Source: Neoechinorhynchus agilis (taxonomy: Eukaryota; Animalia; Acanthocephala). From it: a DNA stretch of 64,000 bases. A model generated the notes under the pieces. It saw only the letters and a list, made by a program, of their open reading frames with translations. It ran no database searches and was not told where the DNA came from. The position numbers and the translations under genes were made by a program. The number at the start of each line of letters is the position of its first letter. The first letter of the stretch is position 1. Shown one piece after another: positions 49,640-63,879 of this stretch. Location: contig CM121342.1 in assembly GCA_051530055.1 (NCBI GenBank), positions 8,068,691-8,132,690 on the forward strand. The letters run 5' to 3'.

Positions 49640-52600
49640 TTAATTGACAAGATCGTGCAGGAGTTCGAGTAAGCTAGCAGCCGACCAGGCTTGTGTCTCG
49701 CAACTGAATCGACATGGTGATCCGTTCACATTGGTAAGTTCGGGCAAACCCTTCCATGGAGACTGGAGAAGCAATTCGCACTGTTTTCCCAGAATCCGAC
49801 GACATTTCTGTTCAACCGCTACAGTATCCGATGGATTATGTTCGCGTGTCAAAAGTAACATCGCTCTGTACAGATACCCGCTAAGCCAAAGCCATTCTGG
49901 TCCTTGGTGGTAATTCCATCCTTGAGCCACGCTACGATCATCCGAATCGTCAGAGTTATCATAGTATCCACGATAATTCCAATCACTAAATTCATGCAAA
50001 GTAATGAGGGAAGTTCAATTGAGAAAACCAACCTTGGGTCAAGTGTCTTCATGCCGAATTTGCCCATTAGAATGGTTTCCGCGTTTCGTATCGCTTCCAA
50101 AGCATGCTCAGGATTACATAACTCAGGCGCCTTTGTTCAAACAGACATTTGCATTTTTAGTATTTATCCTGAGAATAAGACGGATACTCACAACAACTAA
50201 AGCTATCAAAAAATTCGGTCTCAATTGGTAATCAGTGTATCGATGAGATGATCTGTAAACATCTTTATATATTCCTCGTCTATTTACCAGGCTAACGTCA
50301 TTCATGCTCTCATCCACTCGCTCGTCGATCCAGAAATGCTTTTCAAAGTTCTTTTCTATCAATAATGACCAATCGAGGAGAGTAAATGTGGCTAAATGTA
50401 TTCATGGTTCAATCGTAAGCTAAAGCAAATTCACCTTCGATCTTCTTGTTAGGATAATCCTGTTCGTTTAGTTGGGATAAAAACTTTATACACGCATAAG
50501 AGAGACCCACGATTTCAACTGCACTGCCGTCTCGAGGTGTAGCTGGCAACCCTTTGTTTCCTGCTTTAACAGAACCACCCATCTTATCCATCCATGTTCC
50601 ACAATTGTACTCGTTTCCTCCATATACGAATCCCGTCGATTTATCCACTCCCACTTCAATATTAAAACCAGCGTCTGTCATGTTCTCGTCGATCAGAGTG
50701 CCAGCGTTTCGTTCTCGGAAACTTATGCCTTTGTAATGTTTTTCGAGAGAGTTGTGAATAACTTGATGAAGAGGAAGATCGGTAGCGCCGGCGGGTGAGT
50801 GCGGATCACTCTCGTCTGTCGGGTACATTACATGTCTATGGTTCAATCCCTTTCAAAAAATTCTAATGTTCAATCTTTATTTGATTTCCCGAGCTCAAAA
50901 ACTAGTTCAAGCGATTAACATATTAATTATTAAAAATATCCACGAGAATTAATTCCATATTTCATAGGTCTAATAGGAAATTACGTGCCGATGAAACTGT
51001 TTTTAAAGACGAATTGACCAAAAGGCTACTTTAATAAGGATTCCTTAGTCCAAGCGTTGAAATGAGCTTAAAATAAAAGTCCAAGAAAGTAACAATACTG
51101 TCCTGCATCTACTCTAATGGTTGGCAAGGAAATATTTTTTAATTCTTTGAATTGCCATGAGGAAGCCTCGCCTCATCAGTCATTGTAAATTTATCTAATC
51201 GACTTTTCCGGGCGCGATGATTAATTATTGTAATATTTAATTTTTAATAAAATAAAAGAGAGGTAAAAATTATTCGAAAAAAGGTCCAACAGGATTGTCG
51301 TACATAGAAACAACGGTATAAATGGAATTACCAAGTAGTCCAAGAAATCCATAAACGAAATTATTGATCAAAACACGATAAAGGATTGCTTTAAGATTTC
51401 AGTTTTTTTCACTAAAAGTTTTCAATGTTATAAACTGACCGAAATGAACCATAGAAACAACCTAAAGCCACCCTATCAGCTAAAATGGTCGTACTCGAAG
51501 TCCATTTGATATAACAAACGATTGAATATAACCACCACCAAAAAGCATCTCTGCAGTTATAGCGAGCGTGGGTGCCGTCTGCGAGTAGATTAGGAATTAG
51601 ACCATGTCTCATCGTCTGCCCATAAGATAGAATTATAAATCTAGCTTCTTCAGTCCTCCCAGTTAAAAGAAGAAGGCCACGAAGAGCGATGAACGTATCG
51701 CGGCCCCAGTTTCTAAAAACTCCGGTTGAAAAATGCTGAAGTCCTGCCGAGAAACATGGGATAAGTTGTTCTTCTGCGTGATCCGAGTATTCGTCAAATA
51801 CAATTGCAGGTTTAGGCGGACTTAACTGGGACGATAGAGGTGGCATTTTAGCACTTTTCACTCTTCCAACGAGTTGTATGCTTGTCATTGCGAGTACTCT
51901 ACTTAAAGAGGATCCTTGGCGAATAAAAGGTGGGTAAAGACTGATTGCATGTTCAATTATTCTTGCATATGAGCCAGTTAAAATGGCATCAAAATATGAC
52001 GGAACTAGATATCGAGGCAATTTCGCAAGATGTTTAAAAATCTCGTCGTACCAAATACCAAGCTAAAAAATTAAGTCCTGAAATCATTCATTTCAATATG
52101 AACTGACCTCTTTTGTGGTCTTATGAACAATGAGTCGATGGGCAATATACTGTGGTAGCCAGTCACCTTCTCGAAGATTAACACAAATGGGATGGCCGAG
52201 GTCGTTTCCCAATCTTATTCGCTCAAGTACACTCATAATGCCTTGAAGTCCACAATAGACAAGGTCGCCGAAATTCGGGACGGTATATGGACCGAATCCG
52301 AGACAATCATCGACTTCCTCTGCTCCACATCGGTACAAAACAGTATTGAGATCAAGTGGGGAAAGTGCTTTTATCAGAGAATGAAACTTTCCGTCCTTCA
52401 CACCAAAGTCGGCAGCATGCTTCCTGATTTCGTTCAAACTGTTGACTACCGAATCAGAAAGCGTCGTTCTAATTCAATAAGAACTTTAATGAAGTCACTT
52501 TTTGTCGAAAGTACTCACTTGAATGCAATTACACTTCCAAATCCGAAATCCTTGAATCTCACGTAACCACCTTCATTTCCATCGTTTGTATAATGAACGA

Positions 52601-55600
52601 ATTGGCTTTCCTCAACATTGACATCTTCACGGATTGAAAGGTTATATCCGAGTAATCCATTGATGAGACTATCGTCAGCTACGAATCGGATATCTGCAAC
52701 TTCTTCAAGTCTTGCCTCGAACAATATTTTCTCTAATCGTCCAGGGACAAACATTGGTCTAATGTTCGGATCTGTTTGCTTCGGATTATCGGGTTTTGTA
52801 AAAGAAGTTCTCGCTACCAATATAATCGAATTGTGATTAGAGGGATTATGGCGAGTGACTGCAATTGTATCATTGGTCACTTGATCGACGTATATCTGCA
52901 AGTAGAAGGTTGTCGAAGGCGATTTTATGAAAGAGAATGGTGTGCCAACCTGGGAAAAGTTGGTTTGAGCCATGTGATAATGAAGCTTGTTCGCAATTAT
53001 ACGAGCGGCAATAATTCCCGTTGACTGTGCCACAAAACTCTGATCGATGCATGCGCTCGGTTTCCATTTCCGATAAAAACGATTCTCGGTTACTACATCG
53101 AGCTAAAAACGACAATTATGCATATTTCATAGAGGCATTTTTCGTCAAAGCTCGTAAATAAAACTTTAAAACATGTAAAGTGCTCGGTTTTATTCTGAAA
53201 CTTAATCTAACGAGTGTCAGTATTCCGTAATTGCAAAATGTTTTAGCTAATCAAAAAATCGACATTATAAATTTCTTATTGATTTTCATCCGATTAGAAA
53301 AAGCTATTTGTTTAGCCATTGAATATCGCTTTTAAAAAAGACTAATTTTCTCACATAGACTTCGGATATAAACCTACTGAGCTGGCCAAAACTATTAACT
53401 TACATTATGTGGAACAAGTTCATCGAATCCTCGTGAGCTGCCAGTAGAGCAACAGACCATATTGCTCAAAAACATCCTAGGTAACATATCATAGATTGAT
53501 CTGACTTTTATTGGACTCATATTATCATGAGTCACATCATAAAACATTGCATTGGCAATTCGTGGAATGAGTGGACGCACTGGCGGTTGATAGAAAGCTC
53601 CAACTGGATCGCCGCCGTATCTGTGGATGTATCCACCGAGCTCATATGCACTACCAGCACCCATTGATTCTAAGCTTTTTGCTTCAGAGCTAAGAAAAAA
53701 GAATAAAATTACCTCTGACGAGTGATGTTATACCAATTTTATTGACAAACTGATTATCGATTTGTTCACTTCCAGTGAAGAGCTCAGCGAAGATATACAC
53801 GTTTGGTCGTTGTTCTCTCGCAATGTCCATCATATACTCAGCGACGTGTAGAGGAGTCGAATGGCAATTATCCAGGCGAACCGCATGAAATACATCGACG
53901 GTATCTCGAGTGTACTGCTCCATATACGACCAGAGTTCAGGGCAGTCTTCTGGCTTTTTCCCAAATCTTGTCTTCACCAAATCCGTCCAGATCACTAACT
54001 CTCGACGAAGATACGACCGGGAACCTATAGAGCTGAGTTAGTCGAGATTTCCCAACAGAAATATTGAACCTTCTTCAGCAAACAGATTGGTGTCGACGCC
54101 ACCTCCAATCAACCATCCATTGAAAGCCATAATCTGGCAGCATTTTTGAGAATCAAAACAAATCATCTCAGCTTCCTCAACACTTATACCATCCCATGGA
54201 AACGTAAAGTATCGAGGAGCAAGCGGAGTCGCTTCACTCAGTCGCGAATACATGTTTGAGTCGAAAAACCAATACTTGGCATTTCCAATACACGCATTTA
54301 CTCCATTGACAACGTCGTCCGTTATTCGATCACGAGCCTCGTTATTTAAACGATCCAAATGCTCACGAAGAAGCTCACATGATCGCCGAATTTTGTCTTC
54401 GCGGTACACTCGATCGTGCCTGTTTTTTCCAGGAATGAAGTGAGAAAAAACGTTTTAAACGAACCAATCAACATCCAGCAAATCGGTGGCGAGATCTAGA
54501 TCGATCCACGATCCAAAACGTTTATATTCAGGGTCTTGGTACAATTTTAAATCTTCGAGACCTTGAAAACTTTCATTCGGTTTTAAAGTCTTCACTTCTA
54601 TTATGAATGTAATCATAAAAACGTCATTTTGCCGCTCGACTTACCATGTAATCTTGAATTGAGCTCACCAACAATCACATCAACATTCGCCATGACAAAC
54701 TCGTGGAATCGATATCGCGGCAAAACTTCATGAAGAAGATAGTTTCGTATTCTCTAAAAAAATGCCTGCTTTAAAAAATGCTATTATTGCAGTATAAAAT
54801 CGGATATTTTCAAGTAATCCTCTAAGGTCGACAAGTGTATGAACCAGTTGAAAAATAGCCAAATCTATCTGAGAGAAATCGTTTAAAAAGCTTAACAGGT
54901 GTTTAGATACAAAAAACGTTCTGTCTTCAGCGAAACGGTCGAGTGTGTTTCAGAAAACATGAATCCTGGACGGTTCGATCTATCTGACCAAGTAATATGG
55001 GTTCCAATCACAGCAGAGAATGAATTCCGACGACGATAAAACACAATTTGAAAATGTAATAAAAAAAGTCGTCAAAGCATCGGCATGGTGGGATACCTCG
55101 AGGTGATATGGCTCGATCCGATCAGGAATTCCCTTATTGTTCAACTTTCCGTTCGCCACATCCAGGGTGAATTGATAAATTATGTAGTCGAAAACAAAAG
55201 CTGGTCTGAGGTACGGAGAGTTTTGAAGATTGTAGCTAGCAGATGGATATTTTTTAAGAAGCGGACAATCAACAGCGACATGATTGTAGACAAGATCAGA
55301 AACAGAGATTAGTTGATGCTCTTCGTATAATTTGGCAATAAATTCAACCAACTGTTTCTTGGTGACATTTCCAAACACTGGATTAAAGGTAAGATGATCT
55401 CGAATAGCATAAGATGAATTTGAGATTTTGCATAGTTCTTGGAGAGGTGTAATATGGACCATATTGAATCCGGATTTAACGGTTACCATGATTCGATCTA
55501 GCCATTCGTCAAAACGACCTAAGCATTTTGCTAACAGGGTCTGACATTGGAGACCGTTTTTTGAAATCGGTTGACCGTCGTATGAGTTTAAAATGGGATA

Positions 55601-56045
55601 GACAACAACGTATCCATTTCCAACTTGACGATCACTATTTGAAAAAAAACGTAATTAAAATCATAAAAACATAAACGTACTCACCTTTCGTCTTCGGTAA
55701 AGTAGTAATGAAAAGTACCGCATTTGTTAAATTGAACAGCGGCGTATTGATTAAAATTGTCATTTTTTGAAGACTTTTTGTTCGGATTAATCCATTTCAG
55801 CTCTCGATACTTTTTTCTACTAAAGTTTTCACCATCTGCTGGATAATTTAAATAGAATTTAATGATTTTGTGGTATAAAGAATGACCAGGAGTGAAGTAC
55901 ACAATAACTCCTAAATAGAAATTCCTCTATTAAAAATCTTAAATTTAGAATTAGAAAACAAACCATGCATGACCGAAAAAAGTTTATCTTCATTAAAATC
56001 ACCATCATTGAGCGTTAGAATCCGAACTTGTTGTTCCTTTGACAT
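49640..56045 (-). CDS. AGL: Glycogen debranching enzyme
   Basis: [81 protein letters not shown]. Many GT-AG introns plus one non-canonical insert (50830-51463). Confidence 0.96.
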
Positions 56046-59000
56046 TATGGAATCGTTGGAGAAGGGGAGCTATTAAGGAAGGAAAGGCGACAACGATTAG
56101 AGATTCGAGACCGCTATTTTTATACTCTCATGTCAACCATGTTGCTTTTCGACATCTTTTTTATCATGTAGCGATGGAAAAAGAAGCATAAGTGAATAAG
56201 AAAGCGATGAGCGCCTGTGATTCTGTATTTGCCGGCTGATAATCGCGAGGATTTGAGCAACATGGTGATGAGACAAAAGACCAAATATGAATACGTACGG
56301 TGGTGCAATAAAGTTGATCGGTATCGATTGACGAGTAGTAATCTAGAGCCACTGAACGAGGGCGGTCCACAATGAGATACCGTGCCAGACGACTATGTTG
56401 ATAATGCATGACTAAGGAACAGTCATCTACGCCTTTGTGCTAATGCTTACACTCACTCAAAGACAACGAAGAGAGATTGAGAATAGGAAAGCAAGGCTAT
56501 TTCTGAAAAATACTATTGATAGTATATCGTTAGAATATAGCGTTTTATCATAAGAGGCAGTCAATATCCGTCCATAACTCTCACGAAATTCTTTGATGAA
56601 TGTAGCGATCAAAACGACGGGCGGGAAGAGGAAATAAGAACGTTATGAAACAATTGAATTTTAAGGATCTTGAGAAATTAGAAAATTAATTACATCTCAC
56701 ATAAGTGATTCGATTGCTCGAAAACGTTAAAAAAAGGTTGGCTCGGCATCAACAAACGGGAAGCAAATAGCTAAGACATTTCTCTGCTTCTAGTACAAAT
56801 TCCGGTGTTGATATCTATCAAAAACATATTATCGTCAAAACAACAAATTTTTTTTATACTCATAGACCAATACGGCCAATTAGTGACATGAGACGACAAG
56901 ACCAAGGTATTTTTAATTTTTTAACATTTTTGAAAGTTTATAATTTTTGCCGATAGAAACTTTGGAAATTAGATGGAAAACACGAAAACAATTTCCTAGT
57001 CAATAAATTATTTCAATTTTTTAGAAATGAAGATAATAAGTTTGCAAGTCCTTCATAATGCGTTGGACGTCTCAACCTTTAGAAAAATTCTAAAGGAAAG
57101 TGCGCAAGACTTCTATTTAGGTTTTGGGCATTTTAAAGAACTAATGTTAATACATTTCAGAATTGACTAAATCATAAATCTGTTTTTAAGACTTTAATCC
57201 GCCCAGAAAAGTGTAGTATAAAATTTCGTTGATTTCGCTTGTGGGAAGCGATTGCATGTCTTCACATTTATTTGCTGTTCCGATTTCACAACGCAATGTG
57301 CTCTAAAATCTCAGAGATGTGATATACGACCAATCGAACTTGAGAGAGCGCTTAATCTTTTGAATAAAACGATTCATCCGCCATAATATGGATAAACCGA
57401 AATATTAAATTCGAGAATAAAAAATCATTACGAATCGAATGTTTAAAACGCTACTGCACAAATAATTAAAGCATTTCTACAAGTAAAGCATCGTCCTCAA
57501 AAGACAAGATTACATTGAACATTAAACCTATCCATCGAATTATCGGTTATTCAATTGAAAAACGCATTGGACTCCCTTTATAAATAGATATAATCCGGAC
57601 CGAAAAGATATGCATTACGATTGTGCCATCAAATGTGTTGCGTGATCAGAATTACTTTGTTTACGGGCCAAGCCTAACATCGGGCATAAGTAATCTCGGA
57701 GAGATATCTATTTCTGGAAGATTTTGGAGGGACTTTGTGGAATGACTGCAGTGTCACACAAAAATTGTTCTCGTGTACAAATTTGAAAAAACTTTAGCCA
57801 TGACAACATCAAAGCATTCATAAGATAGAAATGATGTGGTGATCATAATCTCTCGGATGTAAAATATTTTATTGAATCGAGATATTTTGGGAAAGTTCGA
57901 ACACTTAAACAGTGGCTGACCCCGAAGGATTCTCTCTTGATGATTTTTTTTGAATAGTTCAAATTAGATAGTTCAAGTATTTTCTTTAAAAATTGGACTA
58001 AAAAAGACAAAATACCCACAATTTTCAGCATCATGGATGCCATTTCGCACCAGGAAATAACTGAAATGAACAAGTACACAAAAATGTGTGTGCATTTGTT
58101 ATAGTATTTACGATAAGCACCAAATTTTAGACCTTTTAGATTTGGGATAAATTGCACAAAAAACGATTGTCTTCGCTTCTCCGTTAAGGAATGTAACCCC
58201 TCGTCCTTTATACAGAAAGATTAAGCACGTCTGGTGCCTCAAAATAAAACATTTCAGCATTAGTGTTATGTTTCGCGTAGAAACATAACTCCGGCGGCAT
58301 TCGTTGAGGTGGGAAATCAGAAAACAATTCTATCGCACAACATCCACGGGAAACCAATTATATTTCACTGGCATGTATGGGAAAAACGAAGGTAAAATAA
58401 TAAGCTAGTTTCATTTTGAATTTTACTGATGCAAAAAACGAAGCAGGGCATAGAGTAGACAATTAGGACGAAACCATTCTACACTTTTACCATGGAGAGC
58501 CAACGATTGTTGGCGTGAGTAAGCAAGCTGATATAAAAAAACTTTTTAAAACTCAAGATTACTAAGCAAACGAAGAAGGGTCATTTTGGGAAACTATGCG
58601 AGCAAAAATTCAGCCCGTGTGATCCAAAGACTTTTTAAAATACGCAATCTTTTTACCTCCGGTTACTCTCCGATTTGTTGAAAATACTTTACTTACCAGA
58701 GGATTTCATGTAACTTTAAACTCGGTGCACTCGTCTTATTTGTCCAAATTTGTTTGCATCGAGAGGATAAACGAATGAGATCATTTATTACTGGTCACAA
58801 GATTGGACAATGATTTTGGGGATTTTCCTCAATACACAATTTCAACAGTGGAGGTGGTTCTTAGATAGCGTGCAATTCAATTTACTTTGAACCGAAATAA
58901 TATTACATGCAATTACTTCGGAAAACCAGAATTATCCTCTTTTTTTAGAATTTTTATGTGCCTCAGTTGGTAGTCTTTTGATAGATTCTTTTTCCATACA

Positions 59001-60487
59001 CGGCCGAATGGACACACAGTCCACCGATTTCGGTCTTTAATTTGGAAACCAAAAATGCTTTGAATAAAATACGAAAAATTACTGAAAACATGAAAAATTG
59101 CTTTAAGCCTAAAAATTCCGCATAACAATAATCTCCACATCAACATTTCAACATTTAATCAACAAGAAGATTTGGTCTCGGGTTTTGAATTGCTGTAGAT
59201 TAACATGCATATCGGACCACATCGAGATGCGATCGTTTCGGTCCTAATAACCGGATTTGACTGTGTGTTATACTCATGTAAATACATTTGTTTCGGTTCT
59301 TTAGAATTTGGCCCTGTTAAGCGGTTGATCCGATTAATCTGTGATTTGACTATATTTCAATTTTATCTGACTGCTCAGGCGAAAACAATGAGTGGAAAAC
59401 TACAACAGAATTTAAGCCAGTTGTTTAAAGACATTTAGGATAGATTTCTTGATTCCGTCGTGGTGGCAAGAGAATAAGAGAACAAGTGAACTTCGTTAAG
59501 CTGTAGAAAGCACTTGTTGTAATCGAGAAAAAAGGCAGAAATAAATTTGACTTTTTTGAGAAATGAATAGGATACTAACAAAAAATTGGAAAACGATCAT
59601 AATTAGATCATCCTTAGAAAAATGCATTGGCTACAGGCTTATTGGAATTTCAAAATCAAAGGGAGACGATTAGTAAAAATGTAGTTCCCCAGGAAGATTC
59701 TTTAGATGGAAAACTTGATCGTTTGAGAAGACAAAACTTCTGTCATGGGAAGCGTACATGTCCGTTGAAGAAAAGCTTAGAATTTCGGAACAAATTAAAG
59801 CACTATAATTGAGAAAATCGCACTCACCACAAGACTTGGGCATGTTAGCAAATGCTAAGCTCCCTAAAGTACATTTAAATTTTTTACGCAATATCTTCGC
59901 TTCATTGATATGATATTATGTAACCGGGCAAAGTTATTTTTGGCAGGTTGAGCAATGACAAAAGCCTCAAGGAATCTCTAAATTGTCTCGCAGAGGCAAC
60001 TCGTCATATAGTTTCTCAGAATGACGCGGGGCAAACCCGGAGAGCAAAAGCAGAGATGAAAACTAACGAGGAGCAGGAGAAGCAAGTAGAAAGTGTAAAT
60101 AATTTATGTTTGCGGGATATACGAAAAATGCCACTTTGCCTTTGAGTTTTTAGGGGGAAGAGAATGAGAAATATCAGCCGAACTCAGAACCATTAAAACC
60201 CAAACCATGATACTCTAGACTGATTGATATAAAACCAAATCCGGTCAATTGATTATTAGTTCAAGAATCAATAAAGGTCGCTGCTATGACAAAAAGTCGA
60301 GAACTAGTGACTTAAGTGTGGGTATTGATAAATTTCAGCATTGAGTTGATTTAAAAAAGGTACAAATTCTTTTAAGAAAATTTTAGCGGATACAAACTAC
60401 TCTAAAATAAAATTCATTTCCCTTTTGACTGAAGCAAAAAATCATATCAAGAAGATCCTTTGGGATGGTAAATATTTAATGGTTTTT

Positions 60488-60686
60488 GAACATAATCCTG
60501 GTTCAAGATTCCTTTATTATTAAATATTTCACGGGGAAACCTCCCCTCATTGGTCATTGTAAATTGTTTCGAGATAAAATTGAAAGTAATAAAGCTGTTT
60601 TTCACAGTGAGAGTTCTTTAGCGATGAGTTTTCCTCTTTCGATATATTTCATAATAATGCAGGAATCTTGAACCGAGATTATGTTC
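60488..60686. mobile_element. MITE-like inverted-repeat element
   Basis: gaacataatcctggttcaagattcct is inverted by aggaatcttgaaccgagattatgttc. Confidence 0.75.
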
Positions 60687-61657
60687 ACCGCCATCCAAAG
60701 CAATAAATATCATAAAACGACTGTACATTGTAACAAAATGCAAAAAGTTTAACGATAGATTTCTTGTCTTGGATTATTATCTCCCGAGAAAAGATTGCGA
60801 AAAAGGTACATAGCTTGATCATTTTTCAATACTTCAAAACAATGACAAACCATGGGAAAATGTCGGAATTATGTGCAATATCGGAAATTAATTGGTCAAT
60901 TTAAATTCGGGAGGGGTGGTATAACTAAGAAAAGGAAAACATAGATTAATTAAAAGCTCCTCAGTTCAGGACGAATCAACGCCATAATTTTAAGCGGGTT
61001 ATTTTCCAAATAATATTTGAATAGTTAAAGAGAAAATCCATGAGTATGTGGAAGTGGGGAAATTACATATCCAAGAATCACTTGGACGAAATATTTCAAT
61101 TAAAGTCAGTCTTTGATATGTAATTTTTCCCACTTGCACAAATATTCCAATATCATAAAGGATCGTCTAAGATTCAATTTCGTGTCAATATAAAGCGAAA
61201 AAACCCACAATTTCATAGCGTAAAATCCAAAACACTAAAGGCGACGTCCGTGCGGTGTGCGCATGCGAATGACGTCACACATGAAAAAAAGATCGCCGCA
61301 AGAATTTCTCACGTCCTTGAAATCCAAGAAGGTTCAACAATTTTAAATCATTTTCTGAATGTCATGAGTTCTGAACGGCAAGATAGCGTCGATCCATTTA
61401 TAAGGAATCTAAGAGCGTTCCAAAACGAGTTTGGTTGTGTTAAAGGTCATCTTATGAACGGTTTATCGATGAATCGGACGATAAAACGAAAGCTCTCAGA
61501 AACTAAGAAATGCGAGAAGTGAGTTGCATTCATTTGAATTCACCTTCTTTTTGAACATAAACGCAGAAATAAACGACGATGTTCTCGAAAAAAATCGAAA
61601 AAGTCCGCATCAAAACCGCTGGAGCCCTCGAATGTAACTCTTCCCTGTTCGAATCCA

Positions 61658-63879
61658 ATGGGTAACATGCTTAAAATACGTGAGTTTATATGAATTTATT
61701 TCAGTTTTTTTTTGTATTTGATGGCTAATAGCTGAAAAATACCAATCGATTTTCATGGCAAATATGTCTCAGTTTAATAAAGTTCAAGAAACTGTGATGG
61801 AAAAAGTATTTTAGAATTTTTTTAAAGCTCACTTTATAGTTCAATATATTTAGGCGTTTTTTAGTTCGGATTCTATTGTCGTTTGCGCGCCGACGGGTTC
61901 GGGAAAGACGACTATATTCGAAATGGCAATCGTACGAATGCTTATGGATAATAATGACGATCCAAGTGGATGTTGTTGTCTCTATTGTGAGTTTTTGTTC
62001 AAAAATAGGCAACTTTCGACATTATTGTTCGTTTTGCCATAGTGGCACCAACCAAATCCTTGTGCCATGAACGATTTACCGATTGGACAAGACGCTTTTC
62101 ATCGCCGCCTTTTAATTTGTTGACCAATCAAATAACCGGCGATTCCAACGAATCGGATCTTGTTGGTCTTGATCGATCAAATCTTATTTTCTCAACTCCG
62201 GTTGGACTTTCCCTTTTCGGTTGTTTTAACTCATTTCTTTTGAAGGAAAAGTGGGATTCTCTTACTAGAAGATTCAGTAAATCAAATCCTTTAAATCAAA
62301 GATTGAAACTGGTCATGATTGATGAAATTCATATTATTAGTGATAAGGAAAGAGGACCGACCTTAGAAGCGGTCGTAACTCGAATGAAGGTTCATTTGCC
62401 TCATTTAAGGCTTGTTGGAGTATCGGCTACGATTCCTAACGGCGATGATGTGAGTTGTGCAATTTTTTAATTGCTCTTTAAAAACTATACATTTCTTCAA
62501 ATAATTTCGATCCCTTAACGACCTTTTAAGTGTGCTATTTTCTCAAACAAATTGCATACTTCTTTATTTTCAGATTTATTACAAATTGGACCTTTTAAAG
62601 TTCAACTCACATAGTCAGGTTTTGTTTCTTATAATTATGGATTTTTTCCCTATAAATTGGACTAATCATTTTGCATTTTGACCAAACTCTTCAACTGTGA
62701 TCGGGATTTACAAAATTAAACGAATTTTAAGCAAACTAAAGAAAAACCTTCAGTGTGTATTGTAAAATTCAACTCAGATAATCAAGTTTTGTTTCTTATA
62801 ATTATGGATTTTTGGTACAAATTTGACTAATCATTTTGCGTTTAACAATGATAAAAAGTTGCTATTATTGAACAATACTACGGATTTGAGTGATTCGCGC
62901 TGCATGTAGATGCTGCGATCTGTTTCATATTTTCAGGAAGTTCCCTGGACGGAATTATCCTCACCTAGTTTGGTATTTCTTTAGTTAGCTTTTTAGAGCA
63001 ATGAGAATTTGCATAAAATAACAACTAATTTTTTTTAAACTAATCCCTTTGTTTCCTTTAAAGATCTCCAGTTGGTTTCGAACCTGTCGCCGACCGTCGA
63101 TCTCATTTACGTTCGATCAATCATACCGACCAGTTAAACTAAAGACAATTGTTCTTGAGTTCTACAGCTCACCTACATGGACAAACTTTCGATTCGACAT
63201 TAGTCTCAACTATAAACTCAGCACTGTGATTCGGACATATTGTTCCGGCCGATCGACTCTTGTGTTTTGTGGAACCAGGAAAGGAACCATACAGGCGGCT
63301 TCTGTACTCGCCTCGAATTTTCCAGTTCTAAGCAAATTCAGTCAGCTTGCTTTAAATAAAAGGTTCCATGATTTAAAACTTAAAGGTACACACTTTTACT
63401 CTAACTTTTCATCGGTTGTTTTTATACTAATAAGAACTCATGTCCCATGGAATTGCATATCATCACGCGGGATTAGACTTGGAGGATAGAGTGGCCATTG
63501 AAGAAATGTTCAAAAATGGAGATATATTCGTTTTATGTGCGTTGGTTTTAGTTGCGTCTTAAATGCACTATATAAGTCTCGATTTTAGTCGCCACATCCA
63601 CTCTCGCGATGGGTGTCAATTTGCCCGCAAGTGCGGTTATAATAAAGTCGACTTCTTATTACAGCGAAGGAACTCATTGCGACTACAATAGCAGTCAATT
63701 GCTTCAAATGATCGGTCGAGCTGGTAGACCGCAGGTGACTTCTCTTTTTTCAAAGGGAATAATGTAGCTTTATGTGAGTAGTTTGGCGAAACCGAAGCCA
63801 TTGTTATCATCATGACGAAGACGGGCAGTCAAGGAAAATACATTAAATTATTGAACGGATCTGAGACTGTTGAGAGCAG
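61658..63879 (+). CDS. HFM1: Meiotic Ski2-like helicase MER3/HFM1, 5' part (continues beyond the window; start codon uncertain)
   Basis: [74 protein letters not shown]. All introns seen are GT-AG. Confidence 0.85.

Noticed and set aside
20611-51463. Reading the interrupted genes as transposon-killed pseudogenes
   Set aside because: Brr2, RFC3, COG3 and AGL are otherwise intact over thousands of codons, and the breaks resolve cleanly at IR-flanked inserts. Not formally excluded without expression data.
21284-54443. Antisense and alternative-frame ORFs overlapping Brr2, the myosin rod, COG3 and AGL
   Set aside because: They are expected shadows of long coding exons and carry no recognisable motifs.
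55911-55975. AGL intron 1 first looked non-canonical
   Set aside because: Counting the homopolymer correctly gives KLFSVMHG with an ordinary gtttgt...tatttag intron.
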